Program-made: the position numbers and the translations under genes
DNA from: a virus
IMG/VR virus record: IMGVR_UViG_3300045988_148502
DNA: 64,000 nt
Reading direction: 5' to 3' (one strand)
Notes under the pieces: generated by a model
The model's input: the letters and a program-made list of their open reading frames with translations, nothing else
Told to the model about the DNA's origin: nothing
The model's database searches: none
Shown: piece after piece, positions 58,501 through 63,957 of the stretch
Numbering within the stretch: position 1 is the stretch's first letter
Layout: each line of letters begins with the position of its first letter

Positions 58501-59698
58501 CCAAGCCTTTCACGCCGTTGTCCTTCACGTATGTCTTGAAGCCCTGTTTGGCCATTTGCTCTACCGTTTCTTTGCCAACCACCTTTGTGGCGGCTTTCGT
58601 TCCGGCTTTGGAAAGAACATTGATACCTTTGAATCCACCGCCTGTAATGCCAAAGTCAAGCATGAATGCAGGCATGTGGCCGGTCATCATACCGGCTCTG
58701 TTCCAAAAGCCGGCGTTCCCGCCATACATCTGCTCCGCCTGTCCTTTGTTGTAGAGTGCGCCCATCATTTCATTGTAGGCTTCACGTTCTCCCTCTGTGG
58801 CATTCTCACCTTTCAGGTCATCGGCGTTCATCATGGTCAATGCGTCACGCATATCGCTCATGCCGAAATCCCAAGTGCGGAAATCTCCTGCCACACGACC
58901 GAAACCACGCCAAAAGCCAACATCGATGCCTTGCTCACGGTCTTTCTGCTCTTCAAGGTCTTTGATAAGTTCCTCCGTTTGACGAATGGCGACATCCAAG
59001 GTACTGTTTTCCTTGTCGCTCATCTGACGAGGAACATAGGTATCTGCTGCAAGTAAGAATCCAAGAGGAGCTGTATTCTTTTTTGTATCTTCTTCCCATT
59101 GCTCATGCACTCTCTTGGCACTTGCCTCTCTTTTCTCTTGCAGCTCTGCAAGTTTCAGCATTGCACGGCGCAACTGTCCGTTTACAGACATATCAGCCGC
59201 CTGTCGGTATCTGAAACTCTCCATGTCGGCAAGTCCCTTGCTGGTGTATCGGTTGCCGAGAGGGGTAATGTAGGTTTTCTCCAGTTTTCCGCTCTCCGGG
59301 TTGAACTGCATTTTCCCCTCTGCGGTCTGTCCGCCGCCCAACGGTGCGTTTTCGTGATACTCACGCATGGTTTCCATACGCTCGTTGAAGCCGTCTATCA
59401 TTTGCTCCGTGCGGCGTTTCATCTGTCCTATATTTGCACTGAAGCGTATTTTATCCTGTTCCGTCAACGGCATTTCTTCTGCTGAAGGAGTTACAGGAGT
59501 TTCAGGTGTAGAGTCCAGGGCAGATTGTTCGGGCTGTTGTTGCTCCGACATGAAAGTCCTGTAGTCTGCCGACTTTACACGATATTTCTTCCCCTCACGC
59601 TCCATGATTGTAGAAGCATCGGGAAAGTCTTTCATAAAACTGTCAATGTGTTCATCACGCACATTGTATTTCTTTCCGTTGTATTCAAATATTGGCAT
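43523..59698 (-). CDS. Giant polyvalent protein (5391 aa): ParB-like, InPase-like, N6-methyltransferase, SNF2/Sno-type helicase, zincin-like motif, C-terminal membrane region
   Basis: Single uninterrupted ORF of 16.2 kb. Domain motifs are listed as separate entries. Confidence 0.85.
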   Translation of the reverse strand: MPIFEYNGKKYNVRDEHIDSFMKDFPDASTIMEREGKKYRVKSADYRTFMSEQQQPEQSALDSTPETPVTPSAEEMPLTEQDKIRFSANIGQMKRRTEQMIDGFNERMETMREYHENAPLGGGQTAEGKMQFNPESGKLEKTYITPLGNRYTSKGLADMESFRYRQAADMSVNGQLRRAMLKLAELQEKREASAKRVHEQWEEDTKKNTAPLGFLLAADTYVPRQMSDKENSTLDVAIRQTEELIKDLEEQKDREQGIDVGFWRGFGRVAGDFRTWDFGMSDMRDALTMMNADDLKGENATEGEREAYNEMMGALYNKGQAEQMYGGNAGFWNRAGMMTGHMPAFMLDFGITGGGFKGINVLSKAGTKAATKVVGKETVEQMAKQGFKTYVKDNGVKGLGQYATNWTIKALGTTADDLLLRAPLMTNTVQAGKTTADIIDRKLGDVVVDENGNYDFSNDKTWGNAIWQGEANAIVENYSEMFGSHLDPVVTLGNMSKLANVVGAKRIGAVLSKTDAGALDGIMGQTHQLFNKMGVSDYFGEVTEEYYGQLWRTMLNLDDAYQQNPDGTRTNLLATGQFHGDIWGGMALSMGLMGAGKATLSGVQYASMKHGVNKADARATELLGKEIWEPLRATIDLTTNDDIGSVAEGIVNDKDFSDDERAAILTYMERSLMMRGFNLGTLAQKRGGEQDEDVQSMNESYIDGYNLADPQEMTDAKNMRDYQRQRVSAIVDENTLGFLDIHPMNALEEMRNNGLWGESELETVIDYLNAKQVYDGMIQRVRDDIDARVEQSNAMVDARTNRTSGMIQGATMKQDDRRVYVVGGNLVQYADGSGIDNRASDGSIIVRDAETGALEQVSPDAVLNIDEPLNPSDEKMTAEEAIIQQFAQEASDKIDGVVTFNPGDTYTITGDDAQIQVQIVANEDGIVDNGDGTVNVSDGVNIFPLAKETIQQQADAANLARVAQFEQQRTIENAERKQEMQEAERPQYALNDIVSLTDENGVTVRGNITADADADGKYEVFTEAPINGKRVNLFTRDELDNMLLEHNGVAFEHPAENESNNGAENIPENDNNAPQNIPAMQRIPKDEQGNPLYEQADSDTAWDAIVEQTEGDEDMAQTVADGMVADKEEALKKLEKAKSKGGNSIAEKIASEKERKAAIDAAKQDLLAWQKIAGTANRRRMAADAERKRMADEAAALRKAEEEKLRAEREEAERVEREALNGVPDMVDDTPQDARARGYRRVNGHKIDRQEPLQTVQGKEVNVKFSNDVLAPGHVAVIDASLLQPSHIQGVRNPLHFIDEAQPKERNDEASVLSARKIAGNIRPEEITSSITAYTGAPTVNERGEVIQGNNRSDALRLMWESHPEQAEAYRQYLKDHAEEFGLRAEDIAALQSPVLVNMLHVDDATAIPLGQYVAQDTESGGVERIKPKNALQRMGIEVRSFANLLLRASDDEVSFAGLVDANGASVLKWMSQRGFISPTQYKSAFDSKGNLTPESKNDLRGIMYQSIFKDGSTRLEEMFNVLPVKAQKAILATAFRDYDSPNSERMVDEIQNSVRAYYALSQDKMFVEAKNFKEARTAVESWKRQYQMDDVTGESYLPADNFSNFVLHLAAMYKGESQSFIQNTFGKIYDLIQGTQEETLFEQPDNTPRTLVQAIKEALNLDYNGQQRSNVLVGDTATSQRGQQGSNGTLAPRERVENGNGTTDDTGRTESIGGQSEIESSLSQEEMLSSDDTDNQLSAKIARRIEVQEDDWIESGKYGDTYKQTIIVDGTHKVIKVDAPDTKGNYIGSAYEYDGQTFGDLLDVLNYIDASLSLANAVAVAEKETDTTPTEKQKEAGNYKKGHVQVGTFNITIENPKGSVRSGIDTEGNKWETIMQNTYGYIRGTEGVDGDHIDVFLSDDIDGWNGRRVFVVDQYNEDGSFDEHKVMLGFNETDDAEAAYFANYDSDWANNHKTVVTAVNLEDFEKWIDSSHRKTKAFAEYKSVKSVEEQSSGTQVDRLSEIKSRIEELHKEQEAAHVQSDIFEEARIISEINDLFAEQRKLEQSNSNEETTTPTDAAYTITPAQYTTKRGKVLDMHLVEFNNELRDTVRKHTTMFAKQLKGWWDKEKQGFMMRSKEDAERLAEYATDAQSQPPLSLSDLSEVNDGNVQFSEPQQQKATKQEERQEYTPIWQYSVFVDKETGETTLSRDDVSGSIPIGDARFRQTTNSPEEMLDILRNPQNGMQEVLDAVGISLENKIKTRELDRKAKDEIRDKRTDFVVDKEMDNRYSVRTLMKMIDAEKQAVMDLGEKRGGDVYHEGNIIFLTKDSADKFANEVRTLINDMRSEQQQDNSQKKTEASGNRLVTDERYAELRERMRKKLLGQMNIGIDPEILAIGTEMAVYHLEKGSRKFAEYATAMIADLGDAIRPYLKAFYNGARDLPEVAENGLDADMTPYDEVQQFDVANFDKKSIDALATAETVTRETEVEQEAEIAQERIKKSRPARKKNEKKAVNSRNQTGGLFGDLLTENDKADAELHRQFAMTVKADMLAALDNGTKPYRSILDLRKRASELGMEVDNDGRTDILLQELVEDGLVRAAREVIERKGSASRESYDLICKLYEMQPTISARSSNRIKMQQYSTPLPMAWIAGRFAMADKADGSVLEPTAGNGMLVFTIPVGQVHVNELDKTRLDNLREQGFAQVTQQDATEPFDGDVRYDVVIANPPFGKREAVEYDGKKIPGLDPQITLNALSSMKDDGRAAIIIGGNMEYANNGAIKSMKPFFTYLYDHYNVKGVIDMGGGLYAKQGTTFPTRMILIDGRRTNEERAQTAVYPPVENKAIRKAESFDDLYEIINEVLNFNEKTNGTEVLRSQGGRHLSVADNASGETDGAGHNRQSEADDESGSQTERRGRTGLEGNSESGQRPVLGKRGQNDTVGETGRGTDTIGKPSTDGRGLEQRTVGNEPQPVDGVDVQRIGLGLKGKPKKRDLTEEKLPYRPHNTAFRLESVAPAAMVEAMDKVLSQIEAQHGSIDEFVKTELGYDTIAETYQALAAEQMDSVAMAIYQMKQEQALIIGDQTGVGKGRQMAALIRWAVQRGEKPVFITQKADLFSDIYRDLVDVGSGDLVPFIFNSDGAMVDSKGNTVHKPLSSAEMAKVFASGALPEEYDFAVLTYSQVNTGDVVSQQEMEEAAKKSGARTKKSKNVKNGKATPKATFLRAIAKDNYLFLDESHTAAGSSNTGAYLQSILRGAKAATFASATFAKRPDTMPLYAIRTAMSQAKVDPDKMISIIEKGGVTLQEIMSRELTNAGQMVRRERDMSDVVTDWKTITDPETVRRARENYDRTIAAFNAIIKFQEDYVKPMIEALDMELAVMAESAGVKRGTDKMGVENVPFASKTYNYTKQLMLALKVNAIADEVEGEINAGRHPVIALESTMESSIKDYAAGEIIDEPTFSASLLKGLDTVMQYTVKDEDGNERHERYSPQALGPAGEKAYYELQDFIRESTSDIFISPLDAIIERLNKKGYKVGELTGRNMYVERNDDGRVVVKRRTDKDKKKMQREFNSGVLDVLILNKSASTGISLHASEKFSDQRQRSMIIAQPLSDINDYMQMIGRIDRTGQVHRGYYINLGLPVPAENRFLMMLSTKLKSLNANTTTSQDSESNDVEAPDLLNKYGSQVVVEYLRDNVDIYEKMGTPLKKGGLGGGRVQASELEDYKPQEDDARKITGYVALLATKEQEEFYDDVVRRYNELIKYLNDTGSNDLKITVMPLRATTIEKRISSEGIDPDGNNPFARNSFVEKVEMDVLRKPMKADEIRKVIEQINKGVEPNTYLDNVIETIRKEDEVRIAAEDERYEKSKAKAIDDIAKQTEKINGQKKRSDEEKRVAIDNFIAETNEKVEAKHKDNILRLNTNSDQMMRRLRMFEVGKSYLVPDNLESMIFDFATSAIFCGYKTKDSKITASTTLAVFATLDGRRRIEIKLSQIDALRSIDKVTNDNWDAARATTLDNWDSQIPSETRKTGFIMTGNILQAIADTQDEYGGYPGQLISYTDIDGNVHDGILMPDKWNASMLKTSGAPLSSRLQQIKDYTPITSHDGKVEIMGNSWAKMFYLTVPKTKKDGAVYYENKTLLRAAGGNFYPYRGKLRADIPEERIIEVVKELAKLGVKVKDDTTDILQRNGIGAYNDDEVSYENDPVAKLLGQSRRTAKQRREFARRERQRMAERVESLAEKLHLDNVEVVTDASVLDGKKQRAKGFYSKSTGKITIVIPNHTSTFDVEQTLLHEAVAHYGLRQLFGEHFDTFLDNVFNNADENIRRRIVDMAAKNGWDFHKATEEYLASLAEDTEFENINASWWQQIKDFFLNMLHKIGFEDFRGVTLSDNELRYILWRSYENLAEPGRYRNILGEAADVAKQYELKVGNYAVSDPHHQTVAESDDALYRTGDPEIHERELARDRYERRVKSGMFQSQEALQDSMLGLKEAMTAILGKETNIEDVDGFENAYLGENRLSSVNKAEADAFAHTLFKPMLDEVAKLARTEAEREELTDYMMAKHGLERNTYMRNEAINNGATDADQTDYAGLTALTGMDNVADAETEAQIMVNDYEQAHDTTDLWKKVNAASKAILSKSYECGMMSKATFDKISDMYDFYIPLRGFDEKTSSEAYAYLTHKQSAFNAPIKKAEGRRSKADDPFANLQSMAEGAIMQGNRNKLVKQRFLNFALNHPSDLVSVSDIWVEYDTVADEWKPVFPDNIDSTDTPEVVERKMLDFETKMESLAQQYPDRYKHGKDTVNIPYRIVESRDMRQHQIVVKRGGRDYVITINGNPRAAQALNGQTNPDNDMSGAIGAILRAGENINRQLSAFYTTRNPDFIVSNFMRDMLYTNTMTWIRESPNYALRFHRNYMYANPVRIKQLLAKHRKGTLDMSNKTEAMFHQFMMNGGETGYANIRDIEQHKNDIRRELKKSNGKIPVKKAWDLLGGRFDEYNRAVENCARFAAFMTSREMGRSIDRAIYDAKEISVNFNKKGSGAKFYDSTGQTKAGNASALVSGLGRSGYVFWNAAIQGTANFGRQMKRHPAKAFTGIAAMFLLGAIVAYLGGDDDDDDDKNAYYNLPEYVRRSNILFRAGNSWVSIPLPVEYRAVYGMGELMISVLNGKEHLTDGEIAEAITGQATQILPIDFLEGGGGLNAFVPSAYKPLWEAYVAEKSWTGMPLYKDTPYNKDMPEWTKAYKSANKYIVGLANAMNEATGGDPYTKGTIDFNPAKIEYMLNGYFGGVFGTIDKLSKMVETVTGNREYDPRSFLLANRLVKAGDERTEYRAVNNEYFRLKEEHDRLKSRLKHYEEDTDNDIFDYAEKIDFLYNSPEYERYEIFEDYREDIDDLYNELKEAISDEERKDIEAELNELKKEMIEEMNKTRK
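46878..46930 (-). other. Zincin-like metallopeptidase motif (tentative)
   Basis: TLLHEAVAHYGLRQLFG. HExxxH spacing as I recall it for polyvalent-protein metallopeptidase domains. Confidence 0.3.
48700..50790 (-). other. SNF2 / strawberry-notch-like helicase domain (DarB-like together with the methyltransferase)
   Basis: Motif I GDQTGVGKGRQ (50505-50540), motif II LFLDESH (50062-50088), motif VI GRIDRTGQ (48903-48925). Confidence 0.75.
50818..51177 (-). CDS. Candidate embedded +1-frame ORF (119 aa, acidic, Trp-rich C-terminus) inside the polyvalent gene
   Basis: ATG at 51177-51175 and TAA at 50820-50818. It spans exactly the low-complexity linker between the methyltransferase and helicase domains. 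Confidence 0.35.
   Translation of the reverse strand: MKRQMEQKYYVAKEGDICLSLTTHPGKLTEQDIIDNLRRMMRVEAKQNGEEEPDWRETLRAANDLYWENVDRMIQLARPGEELIPLESLQLTEEDLNNELWEMSLSQWMEWTFNESDWD
51200..51900 (-). other. N6-adenine DNA methyltransferase domain
   Basis: Motif I VLEPTAGNGMLV (within 51721-51780) and motif IV NPPF (51578-51589, in VVIANPPFG). Confidence 0.75.
53800..54260 (-). other. InPase-like domain of polyvalent proteins (tentative)
   Basis: GNYKKGHVQVGTFNITIENPKGSVRSG...YGYIRGTEGVDGDHIDVFLS (anchor 54001-54060). Confidence 0.35.
55560..55900 (-). other. ParB/Srx-like domain within the polyvalent protein
   Basis: Segments LLQPSHIQGVRNP (55801-55860 region) and GAPTVNERGEVIQGNNRSDALRL (55621-55680) resemble the DdrB-type ParB domains described for polyvalent proteins. 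Recall only. Confidence 0.45.
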
Positions 59699-59700
59699 AG

Positions 59701-60882
59701 TTATTTGTTTTTACCGGGTGTATAATCAATCACATCATCATCGCCGCCACCGGGAACATAGTCCACGACCTCATCATTCAGTTCCGAGGTCATGGTGGCA
59801 GGGTCAAGTTTGGAGAGGGAAAGCATGATTGCAGAGGCTTTAGGCGATTTGTGCCAATTCTGTTTTACATAGTCCTCTTTCTTCTGTGGTGTATCAAGTT
59901 TCTTCATTTGACGGTCAAAAGCCCTTTTCTCTTTCTCATCCTGTGGAGAGAGGTCGGCAAGCATAGCATCATACACCTGCTGCATCGAACCTTTCCAAAC
60001 ATTCTCGTAAATGGCTACTTGGTTTCCGCCGCCGTCAGAAAAACCGAGCTGCTTGCCACGTACACCACGTGCGGCTGTCGCTCTCGCTTTATCACGCTCT
60101 ACAGCCACATTGTCATTATGTCTCTTTACTTGGAAATTGTAGGAACGGTCTGCCTGACGTTTGTTTTCATCATAGTTTGCTTGCCAACGCCTATCAGCTT
60201 CTTTGTCCCGACCTTTCTTGTATTCCTGTTCCGCATCATATCGGTCATCTGTAATCTTCTCTCGCTCGTTGCGATGTTGAATGCCCTCATTGTATCTGTC
60301 ATCATTCTTTTTGTCAAGACCAAGCTGCCTTTGCCACTTACGTTCACGGTCATCCCTTTCTTCATCAGCGATTCTTGCCCTCATCAGCCCCTCATAATAT
60401 TCTTTCTCCTTGCCTTCACGTTCTTTCATCAGCTTGTCATATCTCACTTTGGTACGTTCTGACATGGTATTCTTACCGGTATACATATTTGGAGCGTACT
60501 GCGTGGTGAAGAACAAGTTAGAGAGTGCCGATATACCATCACCAATGGCTGCGAATATCTGTTCACGTTTCTGCTTCTTCTTTTCTTTAGCAAGTTCCTC
60601 GTCCGTTGGCGGTTTATAGGGATTGAGTTTTTTGTACAATTCAGCGTATGAGAGACTGCCACCGTTCACATCGGCTTGTTTGGCCGGAGGTGCAGCGACC
60701 GTTTCAGATTGGGAGCCGGTAACGGCAGGAGCCGCAGCTGCTTGTTGTTCCGTCCATTTCTGTGTACCCTTTACCGGGGATGATACGGAAGGAGCGTCTT
60801 GCTGCTGTTCGTGCCATTCCTTAGAGCCTTTGAGCGGAGGCGTACCACCTCCGTTTCCTAAAATATCATCCATTGTTGCCAT
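59701..60882 (-). CDS. Hypothetical highly charged protein (393 aa), possibly an internal virion protein
   Basis: ORF ends 3 nt before the polyvalent gene start. Lys/Arg/Glu/Asp-rich central region. Confidence 0.6.
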   Translation of the reverse strand: MATMDDILGNGGGTPPLKGSKEWHEQQQDAPSVSSPVKGTQKWTEQQAAAAPAVTGSQSETVAAPPAKQADVNGGSLSYAELYKKLNPYKPPTDEELAKEKKKQKREQIFAAIGDGISALSNLFFTTQYAPNMYTGKNTMSERTKVRYDKLMKEREGKEKEYYEGLMRARIADEERDDRERKWQRQLGLDKKNDDRYNEGIQHRNEREKITDDRYDAEQEYKKGRDKEADRRWQANYDENKRQADRSYNFQVKRHNDNVAVERDKARATAARGVRGKQLGFSDGGGNQVAIYENVWKGSMQQVYDAMLADLSPQDEKEKRAFDRQMKKLDTPQKKEDYVKQNWHKSPKASAIMLSLSKLDPATMTSELNDEVVDYVPGGGDDDVIDYTPGKNK

Positions 60883-60893
60883 ATTGAAATAGT

Positions 60894-61373
60894 TTAGAAA
60901 GGCATTTGACTTACCGCATTAGTTACTCCTTGTACAGCTCCCGATATGGCATTGGCCTTGCCTTGCTCAATGGCGTTAAGCTGTTCCACGAAAGCATTGT
61001 CGTTTTGCATATAAGTGGCTTCGATATTGTCCTTACGTGCTTCTGCATCAGCGGCAATCTGTGATGTTGCATCGGCAAGAGCCTTGTTGTTCGCTTCTTT
61101 GGCCGCTGCCACACTTTCATCAGTACCGCCCATGACGGCTGCACTACCGGCAGCGGCTTTGTTACGTTGTTTTATACTCTCTTCAGTTTGCGTAAGGATG
61201 CGTTGTGCGTCAGCCCGCTGAGTGGCATCCTCGTTGTACCGCCTGTCGTACCAGTCCTGATTCTTTTGCCGTTGAGCCTCAACATTACGTTTTGCTTTCT
61301 TCATGGCCTTGGATGCCTTGATTCCACCGAAAATGCTGCCTACTGCACCTATGGCACTTCCTATTAAACCCAT
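60894..61373 (-). CDS. Hypothetical protein (159 aa) with a Gly-rich hydrophobic N-terminus
   Basis: MGLIGSAIGAVGSIFGGI followed by an Ala/Gln-rich helical region. First gene of the - strand block. Confidence 0.55.
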   Translation of the reverse strand: MGLIGSAIGAVGSIFGGIKASKAMKKAKRNVEAQRQKNQDWYDRRYNEDATQRADAQRILTQTEESIKQRNKAAAGSAAVMGGTDESVAAAKEANNKALADATSQIAADAEARKDNIEATYMQNDNAFVEQLNAIEQGKANAISGAVQGVTNAVSQMPF

Positions 61374-61470
61374 AAGACTTTAGTTTTTGATTATTAAAAG
61401 TTATACCTTGCGTGCGAAAGTAAGCCGTTATCTTCGCATCATCATTTTATCTTTTTACATACAGATCATT

Positions 61471-61770
61471 ATGGCAATAGGAAAAAAGACCGGAGGGCGG
61501 CAAAAAGGTACGCCCAACAAAATAACGGCACTGGCAAAAGGGATGATTGAGAAATGGCTTGAAACGCACAACACTATACCCGAAGGAGATGTGATGCCAC
61601 TAATAATGCAGGACTTCATGGAACTTGACCCCAAAGACAGGGTGAAAGTGTCGACAGAGTTCATTAAAATCATCATGCCTAAGAATATCAGCATAGACGA
61701 TGGCGAGGTCAAACTCACCATTGAGGACAAGCTTGCCAAACTTGCCGGAGAAGAAGACGAGGAAGAATAA
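61471..61770 (+). CDS. Small basic-N-terminus protein (99 aa), possibly DNA-binding
   Basis: MAIGKKTGGRQKGTPNKIT... with an acidic tail EEDEEE. The ORF track start at 61387 looks too early. Confidence 0.5.
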   Translation: MAIGKKTGGRQKGTPNKITALAKGMIEKWLETHNTIPEGDVMPLIMQDFMELDPKDRVKVSTEFIKIIMPKNISIDDGEVKLTIEDKLAKLAGEEDEEE

Positions 61771-61900
61771 TCTATTACCCTCTACTTTAGATTGTCTTCA
61801 TGTGTCAAGGGAACCCCAACCCGAAAAGGGGGCGATTTTACTGATTTGCTTTGAAGCGATGTTCGAGAGAATGTCGCTTTTTTCATGTCCAGACCGTAAA

Positions 61901-62312
61901 ATTTCTTCTGAAGAAAAGGGTATTTCTTCGGAAGAAATAGCAATAAATGTACAATTATATCCCATTTCTTCGGATTTCTTCGGAAGATATTGCCTTAATT
62001 GTACAGGAAAGGGGTATTTCTTCGGAAAAAACACGCATAAATGTACATTCTTGTACAGATTGAATTTTTTATGCGAAAATCAGCTCAAAAGTACCTCAAA
62101 AATCTTCTGAAATGGCTGAAATGAGCTATTTTTTGACATAATTTCAGAAGATATTACATTTATTTCTTCAGAAGAAATAACCATAAATGTACAGAAAAGG
62201 GGTATTTCTTCGGAGGAAACAGCCATAAATGTACATTTCTTCGGAAGAAAAGGGTATTTCTTCGGAAGAAATAGCAATAAATGTACAATTATATCCCATT
62301 TCTTCGGAAGAT
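61901..62312. repeat. Array of direct repeats: five ~32-bp units (ATTTCTTC-N-GAAGAAAT palindrome plus ATAAATGTACA box), extra palindrome copies, and a ~66-bp long direct repeat
   Basis: Units at 61922-61953, 62016-62047, 62162-62193, 62204-62235 and 62256-62287. Long repeat about 61909-61975 versus about 62244-62310. Confidence 0.85.
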
Positions 62313-62349
62313 ATACCATAAAATAAATATATATATCTACTACATCTAC

Positions 62350-62369
62350 CGCGCGTGCGTGCGCACGTG
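62350..62369. other. 20-nt alternating pyrimidine-purine GC-rich tract containing the palindrome CGTGCGCACG
   Basis: CGCGCGTGCGTGCGCACGTG sits in AT-rich surroundings between the repeat array and the integrase terminator. Confidence 0.6.
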
Positions 62370-62416
62370 AAGAAATTTTCGATTTTAGGGCAAGAATAAA
62401 AATTGAATAAAAAAGA

Positions 62417-62447
62417 AAGCCTACAAAGAAAAATACCTTGCAGGCTT
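62417..62447 (-). terminator. Rho-independent terminator of the integrase gene
   Basis: AAGCCTGCAAGG...CTTTGTAGGCTT stem on the - strand, followed by a T-rich run. Confidence 0.55.
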
Positions 62448-62475
62448 ATATCATTTCGTGAAGTCACAAAAAAAA

Positions 62476-63957
62476 TCAGAATCCTTTCCCTTTCTGCCGT
62501 TGGTACACCACCGTCTGGTCTTTGTCGAGGTTGACGATTTTGAACATCACCATTGAACGGTTCGGAATATCATCCGGCAGCATAGTTACGAGCCGGGCAA
62601 TCACCTCGTCCACATTGTTGAAGCCTACATCGGTCAGTCCCGCCACCTTTTGCCCGTTGTGGTATGCAGCCGCATTCACCATATAGCGGTATGACAAGCG
62701 GAAATGCACATCCTCCTGTTTCTGCTCACGTACAGAAGCCTTACCGGAGAAGAAAATGAAATCAATTACTTTCTCGTTCAGTTCCCAAGCAGGGGAGAAG
62801 TCAATCTTGATATACCCTCGTGTTACGTTGTGTCCATTGCTATGGTTCATGCCAAACGCCACTTCCGAGATAGAGGCACGTACATCATTCTGAGCTACTG
62901 TTCCCCATGTATGCCGGAACGTGTAAGCCGAATACCACTCTTCCTTTGGCATTCCCATAGCCTTGCATAATTGCCTTATCCCACTGTTGACATTGGCGCA
63001 AAAACTGTCCGATGTAGTCATGCGCTGATAGAAATTGAACAAACGCTCATCATCTTTTGCCGTGTTCATGTACTTTTCAAATAGCGGCTGGATGATTGCT
63101 GGCACCCGCATTTCCATATACGCACCATCCGCACGGAACTTCTTCGTTTTGGCCCGTTGGTAATGGATAATTCCGTTCCGGTAATCCTGCTTTCTTAGAT
63201 TGTACAGGTCAATCGTGTTGATTCCTGCAAGGCAAAGCACCATCATAGCAACATCACGCCCGAACTCCGTCTGTGGATATTTCATCTTACTTTCCGGCAG
63301 AGGGAATGAAAAGAACTCCCGACATGCTTCGGGGGTAATGGCAAGCTTCTCCGCACGATCAGCCGTTGGTATTTCCACTTTCACCCATGGGTTGACTTTG
63401 ATACGGATTATACCGTTATCGTAATCGTTGTACTCCAACATGGCGGCTTTAAATACCTGACGCATACAGATTGGATACATTTCCTTTGCCCTATGTGTCT
63501 GTTCAAGCGACTTTATCCATTTGTTCACCTGCGTAGAGGTCAACTGAGCGAACATCACTTGGTTGGTTCCGATGAACCGTTCCAGATGTTGTAGGGCAAG
63601 CTTGTAGTTCTTGGCATTCCTTTCCTGCCCACGGTCAATCATTCTGTCGATATGCACTCTCGCATAATCCGAAAAACAAATATCGTCATTGCCGTTCGTA
63701 AGAAAATCCACCACTTCCTTGACCGTCCAATGTTCAATGTCTTTTTTGTTGAGCCGCTCGTTATATTCCACTATCCGCCCGGCACAATACTGAAGCACGT
63801 AGGGGTCTTCGATTTCTTTCGCTCTGGAAAGTTCTTTCTTCGTGACCATCTTGTCGGTCTTCATGAATTGTGTCCCCCTATGGTGGGTAACTCTGATATA
63901 AACCGGATAAAATCCGTCCTTGCGTTCTTTTTGAACACACGCTTTAAATGTTGCCAT
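62476..63957 (-). CDS. int: Tyrosine recombinase / phage integrase (493 aa)
   Basis: Bacteroides-type N-terminus MATFKACVQKERKDGFYPVYIRV. Catalytic pattern ...YQRAKT..., AYTFRHTWGT, GMNHSNGHNVTRGYI. About 110 aa extend beyond the catalytic Tyr. Confidence 0.85.
   Translation of the reverse strand: MATFKACVQKERKDGFYPVYIRVTHHRGTQFMKTDKMVTKKELSRAKEIEDPYVLQYCAGRIVEYNERLNKKDIEHWTVKEVVDFLTNGNDDICFSDYARVHIDRMIDRGQERNAKNYKLALQHLERFIGTNQVMFAQLTSTQVNKWIKSLEQTHRAKEMYPICMRQVFKAAMLEYNDYDNGIIRIKVNPWVKVEIPTADRAEKLAITPEACREFFSFPLPESKMKYPQTEFGRDVAMMVLCLAGINTIDLYNLRKQDYRNGIIHYQRAKTKKFRADGAYMEMRVPAIIQPLFEKYMNTAKDDERLFNFYQRMTTSDSFCANVNSGIRQLCKAMGMPKEEWYSAYTFRHTWGTVAQNDVRASISEVAFGMNHSNGHNVTRGYIKIDFSPAWELNEKVIDFIFFSGKASVREQKQEDVHFRLSYRYMVNAAAYHNGQKVAGLTDVGFNNVDEVIARLVTMLPDDIPNRSMVMFKIVNLDKDQTVVYQRQKGKGF

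Noticed and set aside
61901-62312. Possible CRISPR array
   Set aside because: The repeats are degenerate and irregularly spaced, with no unique spacers of constant length between them. No cas genes are present. The units are internally palindromic protein-binding-type sites rather than CRISPR repeats.
61700-62467. Four ORFs in the track (61700..62110 +, 61798..62034 -, 62080..62319 -, 62168..62467 -) encoding repeated ISSEE/FFGRN-like peptides
   Set aside because: They are produced by translating the palindromic ATTTCTTCGGAAGAAAT repeats on both strands. The repeat structure is at the DNA level, and the ORFs overlap each other in antisense. I treat them as non-coding.
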